A stretch of 64,000 nucleotides of DNA, from contig OZ025803.1 in assembly GCA_964019425.1 (NCBI GenBank), positions 744,001 to 808,000 of the forward strand, given 5' to 3'. Below, piece after piece: positions 46,788 through 57,294 of the stretch. The position numbers and the translations under genes were made by a program. The stretch comes from Flectonema sp. DT1601. Lineage: Eukaryota. Below the pieces are notes generated by a model that had not been told where the DNA came from, made no database searches, and saw nothing but the letters and a program-made list of their open reading frames with translations. Every line of letters begins with the position of its first letter. Position 1 is the first letter of the stretch.

Positions 46788-47357
46788 TTAAAGAACCCAG
46801 AATCCGACGGCAAACCCAATTCCCAAACTCAGTAGCGAAGTTGCCGTTATGATAATAATAATTTTTGTTCTCCAGCTGCCAGACTTCTTTACGTAGTCTT
46901 GCTGTTTATCAACCTGACCAACAAGAAGATGGGTCTCATCAGTTGCCTGTACCTCAAGTTCTTTTGCTTGTTGATTTGCTGAACGAACCTTGTCTTCAAG
47001 TAGACTTATTCTACGGCAGAGAATTTCATTTTCTCTTGTGGTGGATTCGTATCTATTTTTTAAGAGATTTACTTCTTCAGTCTTTTCTTGAAGTTCTAAT
47101 TTTGTTGAATTCATTTGCTGATCTCTGGTATTGATGTTGAATGCTTGATCGTCAACTTGTTGTTTTAATTCAAAAACAGATGCGTTCAACCTATTTATCT
47201 CCTCATGATCAAATGGAGGTGGCGTTACTGTACGTGCGCAACTACCTGTTCTGGCTGTGCTGGTAGTTCTTCGTGTTGCGCTTCCTGTTCCACCAGTGCC
47301 ATCACTGTCATATCCGTACATTACTTCATCACCAGCTAGTGGAGATCCACTTAACAT
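46788..47357 (-). CDS. Tail-anchored coiled-coil protein
   Basis: Coiled coil followed by a single C-terminal TM segment (IIIIITATSLLSLGIGFAVGFWVL). First ATG at 47357. Confidence 0.7.
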   Translation of the reverse strand: MLSGSPLAGDEVMYGYDSDGTGGTGSATRRTTSTARTGSCARTVTPPPFDHEEINRLNASVFELKQQVDDQAFNINTRDQQMNSTKLELQEKTEEVNLLKNRYESTTRENEILCRRISLLEDKVRSANQQAKELEVQATDETHLLVGQVDKQQDYVKKSGSWRTKIIIIITATSLLSLGIGFAVGFWVL

Positions 47358-47586
47358 TTTATTTGCTGAAATCTGTGTTTGATAATTGGTATTTGAGTCT
47401 TGAGTCTTTTTAAGTTGTTTAGTCTGTTGTAAAATCAACAACCTGTGTCAAAGCAGACCTAAACAGAACCAAATAAAATGAGAGTTAGGCATATCATCTT
47501 TGTCATAGTTGGTACTCACTGTGAGTACGATTGGTTGTTTTTTTTTTTTAAATTTGATATAATTTATAGTTAGTGATTATAAAGAG

Positions 47587-48660
47587 TTAGAGAAAACTAT
47601 CAACGCCCCATCCACCCATCGCATCTTCTGATCCACTGCGAGCTCCTCCATCGTCAAGTCGAAATGCGAACTCATCTTTGACGTCCATATTAAAACTAGA
47701 CAACCCTGGAGTTGAAGGATGTAATCCAGGAGATGGATTAATAGAACCTGGAGCTGCTGTTGGACCTGTCGGCGGAGTCATAGTAGGAGGCAGTCCCGGA
47801 TAGGTACTTGGATAAAATCCAGGAGGTTGAGTTGTTATATTCACAGGTTGGGTATCAGCTTCTTCTTCCTTAACACTACACATGATTTCAGATGCTGGTT
47901 CTTCTTTTTTAATTGCCTCACGAGGTTTATAGTCTTTTGTGATGTTTGCTCCAAAATTCGAATCAATTAGTTTTTGATGAGAACCATCAGCAGCCCCCAT
48001 GAAAGGTTTCAGAACAGGAAACAGTTGCTCAACAACAATATTAGCGTTCCTAGCCACTCTAAGACCCGTTATATTTATTTTACCATTTACGAAGATAGAC
48101 GCGACACATTTCGGTTCTCTTAAGTTAAAACGGAGTCCAGGAAATATACTTGGTTCGTATGTACACATTTGAGAGTGTCGTCGGTGGAGTTCTCCTAAAC
48201 GAATTGGTACCTTTAAATCAACAGAAAGTGTCATGTTAGTTATTCTGTAATTCTTTATTACTGCATCTTTAACTCCGGCTAGTCGGAGGAGGACGGCTGT
48301 TTTTTTAGCAGCTTTTTCACAGGCATCTTCACTCTTGCAACCAAGAATGGTGCATTTTCCACTGGCTGCTATTTTTAATTTTGACGGAGGCCTCGTCAGT
48401 GTAATTTCAGCTGAATTGAACCTCTGAGGATTATAGTTCATCGTCCTTACCCTTGCTGTTATCTCAGCCAGGTTTAGTTTCCTTCCTATTTCGAAACTTG
48501 CTACGCATTGTCGGAGGCTGGGTTCAAACTTCTCTCCTAGTTGGACCTGCCATTCAAATATGTCTTCGACTTCTCCCACTCCCGGGACAGTCTCATCAAG
48601 CTTTCCATATGTCTCAGCAAACCCAGACTCAGCTTCTTCTTTAAATTCTAAAAAATCCAT
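47587..48660 (-). CDS. TBP: TATA-binding protein family factor (TBP/TRF) with Pro-rich C-terminal extension
   Basis: Two TBP repeats: YNPQRFNS...IAASGKCTILGCKSE and NMTLSVDL...YEPSIFPGLRF...SIFVNGKINITG. Confidence 0.9.
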   Translation of the reverse strand: MDFLEFKEEAESGFAETYGKLDETVPGVGEVEDIFEWQVQLGEKFEPSLRQCVASFEIGRKLNLAEITARVRTMNYNPQRFNSAEITLTRPPSKLKIAASGKCTILGCKSEDACEKAAKKTAVLLRLAGVKDAVIKNYRITNMTLSVDLKVPIRLGELHRRHSQMCTYEPSIFPGLRFNLREPKCVASIFVNGKINITGLRVARNANIVVEQLFPVLKPFMGAADGSHQKLIDSNFGANITKDYKPREAIKKEEPASEIMCSVKEEEADTQPVNITTQPPGFYPSTYPGLPPTMTPPTGPTAAPGSINPSPGLHPSTPGLSSFNMDVKDEFAFRLDDGGARSGSEDAMGGWGVDSFL

Positions 48661-49067
48661 TTTTTTTTTTTTTTTTTTTAAAATACCTTTTTTACGATAA
48701 TGATTTAAAAAAAAAAAAAAAATTCCCTTTCGGTATCTTGTGCTTCTCTCTCTCTCTCTCCAGTGTATTGATTTCGATTATGTCATTGTTGCCTTGATGT
48801 GAAATTTTTAAAAAAAAAAAAAGTAACATAAATAAATAAAAAAAGAAGAAAACACTTCTAACAAAAACCAACAGACCAATCAACGAAACACAACATAATA
48901 GTCATGATCATCACCTTAGACACGTAAGTGAATGTGATAACACAACACAATAAGGACACAAGTACAATCCACATATCGCCTGTAAAGGCTGTGGATGAAT
49001 TCGTCATAGAACAGAAATCGAAAAAATGCTGAGAACTAATAATAAGTAAAAAGATCAGTAGATTAAA

Positions 49068-52000
49068 TTAATCAAAAAGAGAGGAAATTCTAGAAGCCTG
49101 GCTCCTCTGTGAAACTAACGATGCTAAATGTGATGCAGCACCATCACCAAGTTTTGTTGATAAATACTCATCAGGGACTGAAGATGGAAATAGTAACTTA
49201 ATCACATCGGGTGTCTGACAAGTTTTACTGTTTTCATTCGCAAACCAGACAGCCTTGACTACTGCACGACGACGTCGTATTTGTTCTACGTGCTCACGAG
49301 CCTTAGAACGTCGGTACGCAGCTCCAATATATGAAGCAGCAAAGAACTGATCTACTGTGATTCGATGCTTTCTGTGCTTTACAACAGGAAGATTGTTTAT
49401 ACAAGGGAAATGATCTTTCCAACCTTCTTCTTGAGCAACAACTTCTTCGGGAGAGAGTTGAATCTCGAAGCTTTTACGAGCAAGTGGAATGAGTACTTCC
49501 ACAAAGTGAACAATTCCTCCATGTTCAGGTATCTGAAATCCTTTTATTTGACGAAGCAATTCCACTCTCGTAAAACAGCTGCGAACACCCAACGGAGGAC
49601 CCAACCTTGTTAATAAATTTGGTAATTTCATAGTTGGAATTATCAAGGATGCTTCCATATCAAAATGTGACCAACATTGAACGAAGTTGTTTAAGTCTTT
49701 CATTGATATTTTGGAACGCTCAATCTGAACAGTCATACTAAAGTTGTCGAGAATGATAGCAATAAATAAATTTAACATAACTTGTGCTGCTACAAGTAGG
49801 AACGATATAAAGTACAATGGAGCTATCCACGGAACAGGACCGCAGTCACTGAGACAGTCGGTGTCATCATGCATAAGATCGTGCATTATACCGTTCCAGT
49901 CTTCCCCTGTTGATGTTCGAAATAGGACGAGTAGAGCAGATAGGAAGTTATCAAAATTAGTGTGGTAAGTCAAGTACTCTCCTCTTTGTCCTTTGAAAAG
50001 AGAAACACCAAGAGTAGAGAATATAAAAAATATCAATCCCAAAAAAAGAAAAATATTACTTAAATAAGGCAATGAATACCAGAGGGTTTCAAGAAGCACA
50101 CGCAAACCTTTAGAAAGTCGTAAAAGTCGAATAGTTCGGAATATCCGAACTATTTTAACTGCGGAAGTACCTGCAGCGTCAGAACTGAAAACCATTTGCA
50201 GGACCACAGAAACTAATGCAAAGAAAGCTAATACAAAATCAAACCGATTCCACGGTTCTCTAAAGTAAGTTCGTTGCCATGCAATTAGTTTAGCTGCAGC
50301 TTCCAAAATAAAAATAATACTACAACTTGTATCAATGAAATACGATATTTCAACCCAAAGTTCTGCTTCATCATAATGGTCTGCAGACATGATAATAATA
50401 TTTAAACAGATCGTTGACAAAATGAATCCTTCAAAGTACCGATGGTTTACAAGCATACCAAGTACTGAGCGTATTAACCCATCGTCCTTTAACGTTGGGT
50501 TTGGCATTCTTGGAAATGGGGAGAACGTCAGCATCATTCTCTGAAGTTGAATCCATCGTTCTTGAACAGGTGATAGTAGAGCTCGTCCTTCAACGTTTCT
50601 CTTTTCAAGGTTATAGTTAAATATAACAACTCCTACGAATAAGTTTAAAAGGAAAAACGATCCAATCACAACAAACAGAAGGAAGTAAAGTCCAACTAGA
50701 GGACTGTTGTTACGGACAGGTCCTTTTCCTGGAGAAGTACCATCGATGGTGTTGTACATTATTTCACTCCACATTTCAAGAGTGGATACTTCAAAGAGAG
50801 TTAGTAAAGCGTTTAAGACATGATCAAAATTCTGAGGTCTAGATAACCAAAGTCGTTGTTGAACAACAAAAAGACCACTGCCATCAACAGTCGTATTATA
50901 TAGGTGTTCATTAAACCCTATGCAGTCTTGTTTTGTGAACACAGATGGGTCGGTGCAGTATCCTAATTTCCCACTAAACAACTGCACTCCCAAAATTGAA
51001 AATACCAAAAAACATAAAAAAACAACCAAAGCAACATTAGCCACCCCTGGAAGTGCCAACAAGAGGGCTCGGACAACTATTTTCAATCCAATGTTTCGAT
51101 TTACCACTCGTAATGGTCGCAAAGCACGTAAGGCTCTAAAAACCCGAACGACCGCAAAATCAGCAAAAACTAACGCTAAGATACTGACAACAACAACACT
51201 GGCATCGAGAACTGACCACCCATCTTTGAGATACGCACGATTACCTCGAATTAATCCAAAAGCAATTATCTTTAACAACATTTCACATATAAACAATCCA
51301 GTGAATACGATATCTAAGACTTGGATTGGTCGATTAAGAGAGTTTGTACTGTCTTCAAGTATCAACACAAGAGACGATGCTGTTATTAATACGAGAACAG
51401 CTTTTTCAAAGTGAGGATGAGTAACCAGATAAGTGATGTATATTCTACATAAGTTATTCGGACTAAAAAGTAGAAGTGAATAACCTCCGTTTGTTTCTGG
51501 TAGATTTCTTTGAGCTGACGAGGCTATGCAAAGACTGACAGCAGCAGTACCAAGCTGAGAAGAAGCACTCTCAATAAAACCATCCCATGCTTCCTGAGGA
51601 GGACTTACTGATGTACCACCAAGATGAACAATATCTTTGAGACCCGTTGAGTATCTCGCTTTAGTGTCTTTCTCTGATTGGTACCATTCAGTACACGTGA
51701 TAAAAGGTCCACCTTCTTCAGATCCGTCGTCTATTTCAAATCCCATATTACCAAAAGAATTAATTAAGATAGCCAAGAACAGGTTCAATATTATGAAATC
51801 TCCCAACAAAACCAACGATACGAAATACAAACACGCGGCAGGATGCGTCGCTCTCATTGCATTCCACATCGGAATCATCCACGAGTCTCTTGTTAGAATC
51901 TGAAAGACTGTTAGTAAAGACCAATAGAAAGAATCGAATGTTGCCCGAGGTGGTGGTTCATTTTCAAAATTAAATTTACCACCGAATAATTGCATTCCAA

Positions 52001-53744
52001 CTAAAGCTGCGACAAACAGATAAAGCAATATAATAGTATTGAGATAACCGGTGTCTGCGATGGCTTTAAGGATTACTTGTACCAAAGATCGGAGAGACGG
52101 AAAGTTTTTCATAACTTTGAAGACACGTAGTAGTCGCAACGCTCTAAAGACTGAAACGTTACTATCAGTCGACAGCACTAATTCGACGCAACTGACAATT
52201 ACAACACATCCATCAAGGATATTAAAATTATCAGATGCATACTGCCTAAACCCCATTGCAAACAGCTTCACCATCATCTCTGCCGTAAACACTGCCGTCA
52301 ATAATATATTCGCAATTGCTAAACAGTCAGTCAAATCATCAGGTTGTCCCTCATGCTCGATTGATAACAGGATGGTATTCGCGAATATAAAAAATAAAAT
52401 AACCCATTGAAATATTGGATTAGCAGTAACCATATAAAACAACATCCGAAGCCTATCCATGTTCCCCTCCGAAGGAGTGCTGGTTATTGCTTCGTTTTGA
52501 GAGTTGTTAGTCATGTTGCTTGTAAGCATCCGGGTAATTGCATTTTCCAATTCTGTTTCTGATTGCAGTTCTTTAGCGAAATGAAACTTCTCACTTATGA
52601 CAGCCAATGCTAGATTTAGTATAAAAAATGATCCTAATATGACCACTGGTAAGAAGTAGACAGTCGCAACTAAGGCTCCCATTAGGTCCTGCACTCTATA
52701 GAACTGAACTACCCAACCTTCGAGTGTAACACACTGAAATATTAATAAAAACGCAAACAGAATATTATCAAAAGATGAATACCCATGATCAGGATTTTTA
52801 TAAGCCCTACAAGATAAATTGCTTGGACAAGATCTGCCAAATAACTGACCATGTGTCTGAGATCTATCTCTACAGAATTGCTCTTCTAAACCAGTTGGAA
52901 TGTTTCCGAATTCATCGACGCATCGTCTTCGGTATAGACCGCTGAATAGTTGAACACCGAGTATCCCGAATACAAAAAAGAAGAATAATATCAGCATCAA
53001 CACATGTAATAATCCTTTCACACTTAGGAATAGAGCGCTTACGATACTTCGAAGACCTGGAATTCCGTTTATAGATCGAAGAGGGCGGAGGACTCTAACG
53101 ACGCGAATGCCGGAAAAATTCTGAACACCAGGTAGGAACCCTAACCAGGTGAGGAGTACGAGCATAAAGTCTAATTTATTCCAATCAGATCTCAGATACG
53201 ATCCCTCATGTAGAGCGAATCCACGAGCAACAACCTTCAGTACTAATTCTACAGTAAACGCCGATGTGAAAGCAAGTTCAGCTATAGTAACCCAGGGCTC
53301 TTCTTCACTGCGTGTCGGATCATCAATTGCAAGAACAATACAATTTGATAATATCAATATTAGGATAAAACTCTCAAAGTATTTTGATGATGTGAATCGG
53401 TACAACCACATTCTTATTGGATTACAACCACTAATACACCAGACAGCTCTGTGTTGTAATGCTACTGGAAGGCACTTTTTATTTCCTTCACCTTCCGCTC
53501 CCCCTTCAGGTACCCAAACCTTTTCATGGTCCTGGTTGGTTCGGGTAGTTGAAAAGCTGCTCGAATCCCTTGAGTCTTTAATTATTTGTTCTTTGTTTTT
53601 TCTTATAACTGTTAGCCTTCTCTCAAGAGCTTCATTTAACGAGTCAGTGCTTTTGTATTTCACTGCGTTGGAGTTTGAACCTTCCCGATCCGGACGCGGG
53701 CTGCTAGTTCTCGGGCCGAACAGCTCCGGCTGCTCGGCTGACAT
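49068..53744 (-). CDS. Four-domain voltage-gated Ca2+/Na+ channel alpha subunit (1558 aa)
   Basis: Four 6-TM repeats with S4 Arg arrays (RVVRVLRPLR, RALRLLRVFK, RVFRALRALRPLR, KIVRIFRTIRLLR), pore loops TLEGW/TRDSW/TLEMW/TGEDW, and C-terminal EF-like, GPPLG and IQ-like regions. Confidence 0.95.
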   Translation of the reverse strand: MSAEQPELFGPRTSSPRPDREGSNSNAVKYKSTDSLNEALERRLTVIRKNKEQIIKDSRDSSSFSTTRTNQDHEKVWVPEGGAEGEGNKKCLPVALQHRAVWCISGCNPIRMWLYRFTSSKYFESFILILILSNCIVLAIDDPTRSEEEPWVTIAELAFTSAFTVELVLKVVARGFALHEGSYLRSDWNKLDFMLVLLTWLGFLPGVQNFSGIRVVRVLRPLRSINGIPGLRSIVSALFLSVKGLLHVLMLILFFFFVFGILGVQLFSGLYRRRCVDEFGNIPTGLEEQFCRDRSQTHGQLFGRSCPSNLSCRAYKNPDHGYSSFDNILFAFLLIFQCVTLEGWVVQFYRVQDLMGALVATVYFLPVVILGSFFILNLALAVISEKFHFAKELQSETELENAITRMLTSNMTNNSQNEAITSTPSEGNMDRLRMLFYMVTANPIFQWVILFFIFANTILLSIEHEGQPDDLTDCLAIANILLTAVFTAEMMVKLFAMGFRQYASDNFNILDGCVVIVSCVELVLSTDSNVSVFRALRLLRVFKVMKNFPSLRSLVQVILKAIADTGYLNTIILLYLFVAALVGMQLFGGKFNFENEPPPRATFDSFYWSLLTVFQILTRDSWMIPMWNAMRATHPAACLYFVSLVLLGDFIILNLFLAILINSFGNMGFEIDDGSEEGGPFITCTEWYQSEKDTKARYSTGLKDIVHLGGTSVSPPQEAWDGFIESASSQLGTAAVSLCIASSAQRNLPETNGGYSLLLFSPNNLCRIYITYLVTHPHFEKAVLVLITASSLVLILEDSTNSLNRPIQVLDIVFTGLFICEMLLKIIAFGLIRGNRAYLKDGWSVLDASVVVVSILALVFADFAVVRVFRALRALRPLRVVNRNIGLKIVVRALLLALPGVANVALVVFLCFLVFSILGVQLFSGKLGYCTDPSVFTKQDCIGFNEHLYNTTVDGSGLFVVQQRLWLSRPQNFDHVLNALLTLFEVSTLEMWSEIMYNTIDGTSPGKGPVRNNSPLVGLYFLLFVVIGSFFLLNLFVGVVIFNYNLEKRNVEGRALLSPVQERWIQLQRMMLTFSPFPRMPNPTLKDDGLIRSVLGMLVNHRYFEGFILSTICLNIIIMSADHYDEAELWVEISYFIDTSCSIIFILEAAAKLIAWQRTYFREPWNRFDFVLAFFALVSVVLQMVFSSDAAGTSAVKIVRIFRTIRLLRLSKGLRVLLETLWYSLPYLSNIFLFLGLIFFIFSTLGVSLFKGQRGEYLTYHTNFDNFLSALLVLFRTSTGEDWNGIMHDLMHDDTDCLSDCGPVPWIAPLYFISFLLVAAQVMLNLFIAIILDNFSMTVQIERSKISMKDLNNFVQCWSHFDMEASLIIPTMKLPNLLTRLGPPLGVRSCFTRVELLRQIKGFQIPEHGGIVHFVEVLIPLARKSFEIQLSPEEVVAQEEGWKDHFPCINNLPVVKHRKHRITVDQFFAASYIGAAYRRSKAREHVEQIRRRRAVVKAVWFANENSKTCQTPDVIKLLFPSSVPDEYLSTKLGDGAASHLASLVSQRSQASRISSLFD

Positions 53745-54105
53745 CTATGCAAACCGTCTGCGATTCTTATTATGTTATCATTTTAGTTGTGATAGTCAGA
53801 GCTGAGGAAGTGAACAATGCAGATACTAAACAAAGACAGAAAACACTTTAGTTATCATTCTAATTGCGATGGGAAACCTGAAAATAAAAAAAAAATAAAA
53901 TAAAATAACAATTTAAACCCATCTAATAAAATCACTCAGTCAGAAGTCTTCATTTTGGTAACAGTCGTTGTTTGTCTAAAAGTATCACAGTGGTGTTAGG
54001 CAGATTGTCTTCTATGATTGCTTATGGAATCAAAACACTCAGAAAAAGATACAATACATGATTAACTCCAATAGCTTTATCTAGTTGAGATTAATGTGTT
54101 CTTTA

Positions 54106-55125
54106 TCAGTAAGGTAACCATCCGTTAGAAGGATATCCAAAAGATATCTTATCCGATATCACATCTAAATCATGTTGACGTCGTTTGACTGTTGGTGAAG
54201 TCAGAGAATCGTCCTCCTCCTCAGAATCAGGTAAAGTTGATATTTCAGTTAGTTTTGATGGGTCTTTAAACTCTTCTACATCACAATCATAATATGGTAA
54301 AGAGATGTCATCATGTCGGAAATCAGAAGGTCCTGTTTCTGTTGGTTGATAATTTGCATCAGGACCATAATAATCCTGAGCAGCGCTATCACAGTAGTTG
54401 CCTTGATGGGGTTGACAAGGTTGGTAGGGTCGTTCAATGTCGTCTTCGTCATCGTGTTCGTAATAAGAATCAGTACCATCTATGTAAAGAGTTCCTATTA
54501 TCGTTGGGTAGTCAGCTGTCTCATTAAACCAAACAGTTCTACTGTTGTTTAGGTCATCCCTGTTACGATTGATAACTCGACGGGCATCATGAGGTAGTTC
54601 TTTGATGTTGGATATAATCTTTATCATCTGCCGAGTGATAAGTCTATCATACGCAACAATATCATCATCGGTATGAAGTTGTTTGCGAAGATTGATAACG
54701 TCCCAATCAAATATTGTGATCTTTCCAATCTCTATATCAGCACTCAAGAATCCATTTATAGATTTCAGAACACCGTCACGCCATCCACACTTAGTTCTGA
54801 ATGATACTTTCTCTCCTCGTGTGTATGGGTTTGGAAGGATTTTTTTTAAATATCTTTCCTTCTTCACATTATTAAAAAATGGAAGCAGCTGTCTCAGCGT
54901 GTCTTCCGTTCGTTGGGTTGCTAATGCGCTTGGTCTGGCTGTCCAGTTGTACTCAACCCATTCTTGAGGTTCTTCATCATTTTCAATGTCTTCGATCACA
55001 TCATCTTCATACATAATCATATGACTGGAGGTTATGAACATTGTCGCAAGCTCATCGTCATTTAACTCAAGTTTATCGCTCTCCTCGGTTGCTGTTGCTG
55101 ACATTTTTTTTTCGTACAAATTCAC
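54106..55125 (-). CDS. Hypothetical acidic protein with a possible SH3/Tudor-like beta-barrel (probable start ATG ~55104)
   Basis: 339-codon ORF; 'YTRGEKVSFRTKCGWRDGVLKSI' resembles a Tudor/SH3-type barrel; otherwise unrecognised. Confidence 0.65.
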   Translation of the reverse strand: MNLYEKKMSATATEESDKLELNDDELATMFITSSHMIMYEDDVIEDIENDEEPQEWVEYNWTARPSALATQRTEDTLRQLLPFFNNVKKERYLKKILPNPYTRGEKVSFRTKCGWRDGVLKSINGFLSADIEIGKITIFDWDVINLRKQLHTDDDIVAYDRLITRQMIKIISNIKELPHDARRVINRNRDDLNNSRTVWFNETADYPTIIGTLYIDGTDSYYEHDDEDDIERPYQPCQPHQGNYCDSAAQDYYGPDANYQPTETGPSDFRHDDISLPYYDCDVEEFKDPSKLTEISTLPDSEEEDDSLTSPTVKRRQHDLDVISDKISFGYPSNGWLPY

Positions 55126-55266
55126 ATAATGAATATTATCAATCTGAATGAATAGAAATATTAATTTAAATTTAACAACTAATATCTAAAACGCCAATTT
55201 GTAAAAAATGGAAATTTTTTCTGGATAAGGTAAAGCAACTAGTTTAGTTTAGTTATCAAAATACAA

Positions 55267-55405
55267 ACTGATGACTACGAGGGGTCTGGGTAGCCCGCAT
55301 CAGTAAGGACCCAATCGCGAAGATTGTAGTTTCATAGTATACAACTTATTATCCTCCGCTCCGTAGGATAATTAAATCTCGTTTGATGACAAACGACACC
55401 CCTCG
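55267..55405. other. Compact multi-hairpin structured element (candidate ncRNA, cis-element or MITE)
   Basis: Closing stem cgaggggt/acccctcg encloses hairpins tgggt/accca, aatc/gatt, ttgta/tacaa, attatcct/aggataat and tcgtttg/caaacga. Confidence 0.5.
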
Positions 55406-55539
55406 AGACTAAATCGTGTAAATGACATAAAAAGGTTTCTCTTTATATACGACTAATTAATTTATAAAATATCAGAATAATTAATTTATAAAATATCAGA
55501 ATAATATAAAAGGAGGTTGACAACCAAAGCTAGTGCAAT

Positions 55540-57294
55540 CTAATAATTAACAACAATGGGATCAGGAGGACCATTCTCAATTAGTACCTTCAGTCTCATA
55601 ACGTGAACATCATTGACATTGTCAAAAACACTCAACTGTGGGGAACCACTTTGATGAGATTTCTTCGTCAACAGATCTGTTGCTATCCTGTTGAAGGCAT
55701 CCCACTTGCCAACACCACTCTGTTCCAACTGATACATCCATTCTGCCTCTTCAATATTGGCAGCTTTTGGAACTATTTCATAAAGTAAGTGAGTACTGTC
55801 ATTGAAGAGAACAGTCTGAAGATGAACACGAACCTCTGCAGTGTGTTTGACTAGTCGGTAGATCCCTTCCTCAGCCAGTATTGAGGTGCCTGTCAGGTTA
55901 CTAACCCTCTCAATGACTCCAACGAACACAGAGAGCTTTCCAATAACGCTGTATCGCATCAACGTAGTGCTACCGAGATCTCCACAATACAATTTCCCAG
56001 ACCCCAAACCAAAGTTTACTGACAGCTCGTTACTAGATGCTTCCTGGTATGGACCAACAATCGCACTGGTTGCCTGAACCATCGCACTGGCAGCGTCAAC
56101 ACACGACGGTGCATGAGTTCTGTTTCGCCCAAAATTCGCAAAAATTCGATCTCCCAGAAACAAGTCAATTGTTCCTCTGTGCTCTCTTATGATGTCAGAC
56201 GAAGTTGAGACCAGAACTGAGATGAGAGATTCGAATGATTTGTGTGAAGACTCCAAGACTTGGAATGAATTGCGAATGTTGCCAACCAGAAGCGATGCAC
56301 AAAATGGTTCAAAATAGCGACGAATAGAAAGCTGAGCATCAACGGTAGCATCATGACTGGAACCGTTCTTACTACTGTTCTTACTGCCGCTTTTACTCTT
56401 ACTGTCGAATTCTGATAGACTAGTATCTGTTTTCTCATCACAAGAGTTCTCCGGGAAGCACGACTGCGGCAAGTACGGTCGGTATGAACGAAGGTTGCAT
56501 AATATTTGTTCAAACGCAACTTTCAAGTCACTCGGAATGGTTGCCCCCTCCAGCAGCCGTTCAGCCTCATCCAAATCAAAGCGTGAGAGGGATTCAGCGA
56601 TGAGATTAGCTGTTTCTATGGAAGACAGAATTCTAGTCTTTTCCTTGAGAACAGAGAGAGCAAATCCACGAGTGCAATAGAAGTCGACAAGAAAGACACA
56701 CAGCTGTGACGATATTGTACCAAGTGTGGCCCACAAGCCAATAGAACAAGGAAGGTTTTCACAGTCACAGTGCTCGCGACGATAGACCTGAGCGTTGCCC
56801 CCCCACTCAATATCAAACATGCCAAAGCGAAAATGACCTTCAACAGATAATGCGACCAACCAAGTACAACAAGTACCCACTACCATGTACACAATATCAG
56901 GTGGTGACTCACATACGATTAAGACATCGACTAAGAGTACAAACAGAGGCCACGCAGGAGTTTCCTGCATCATTGAAGTATCCATTTCGGCAAGAATCAA
57001 AGACAAACAATACACAACGCTATTCCAGAATAAAAAACGATCAGTCACTTGCCAACGTAGCCCAATCAGAAGAAATGCCAAAACAACAGTCTGAATAATA
57101 TATATTCCAATAGAAAATGCTATAAATAGCCGGGTTAAAAGTATTGATGAATACAATAAATTACACGTTACAATAGATACCAGAAAACCGGAAACTAATG
57201 AGATTTGTTTTCTTTTAACCTGCAAAGGGCTGTCTGTCTCCTTAATCGCCCTGCTAAGGCAGCAGGAGAAACATTTATTCAGCAGCTCTGCCAT
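55540..57294 (-). CDS. Membrane-bound class III nucleotide cyclase-like protein, copy 1
   Basis: About 6 TM N-terminus, 'NLRSYRPYLPQS' linker, cyclase-like domain (IIREHRGTIDLFLGDRIFANFG, GLGSGKLYCGDLGS...RYSVIG). Confidence 0.85.
   Translation of the reverse strand: MAELLNKCFSCCLSRAIKETDSPLQVKRKQISLVSGFLVSIVTCNLLYSSILLTRLFIAFSIGIYIIQTVVLAFLLIGLRWQVTDRFLFWNSVVYCLSLILAEMDTSMMQETPAWPLFVLLVDVLIVCESPPDIVYMVVGTCCTWLVALSVEGHFRFGMFDIEWGGNAQVYRREHCDCENLPCSIGLWATLGTISSQLCVFLVDFYCTRGFALSVLKEKTRILSSIETANLIAESLSRFDLDEAERLLEGATIPSDLKVAFEQILCNLRSYRPYLPQSCFPENSCDEKTDTSLSEFDSKSKSGSKNSSKNGSSHDATVDAQLSIRRYFEPFCASLLVGNIRNSFQVLESSHKSFESLISVLVSTSSDIIREHRGTIDLFLGDRIFANFGRNRTHAPSCVDAASAMVQATSAIVGPYQEASSNELSVNFGLGSGKLYCGDLGSTTLMRYSVIGKLSVFVGVIERVSNLTGTSILAEEGIYRLVKHTAEVRVHLQTVLFNDSTHLLYEIVPKAANIEEAEWMYQLEQSGVGKWDAFNRIATDLLTKKSHQSGSPQLSVFDNVNDVHVMRLKVLIENGPPDPIVVNY

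Noticed and set aside
53930..53995. Possible C/D snoRNA (GUGAUAC...AUGAAGA...CUGA, minus strand)
   Set aside because: Poor box C and no convincing rRNA complement.
55268..55412. Hammerhead ribozyme suggested by CTGATGA at 55268
   Set aside because: No GAAA after the candidate stem II and no stem I/III arrangement.
55454..55501. 24-bp tandem duplication downstream of cyclase copy 1; also a ~17-bp direct repeat near 35896-35932
   Set aside because: Real but most simply local slippage, with no functional signal.
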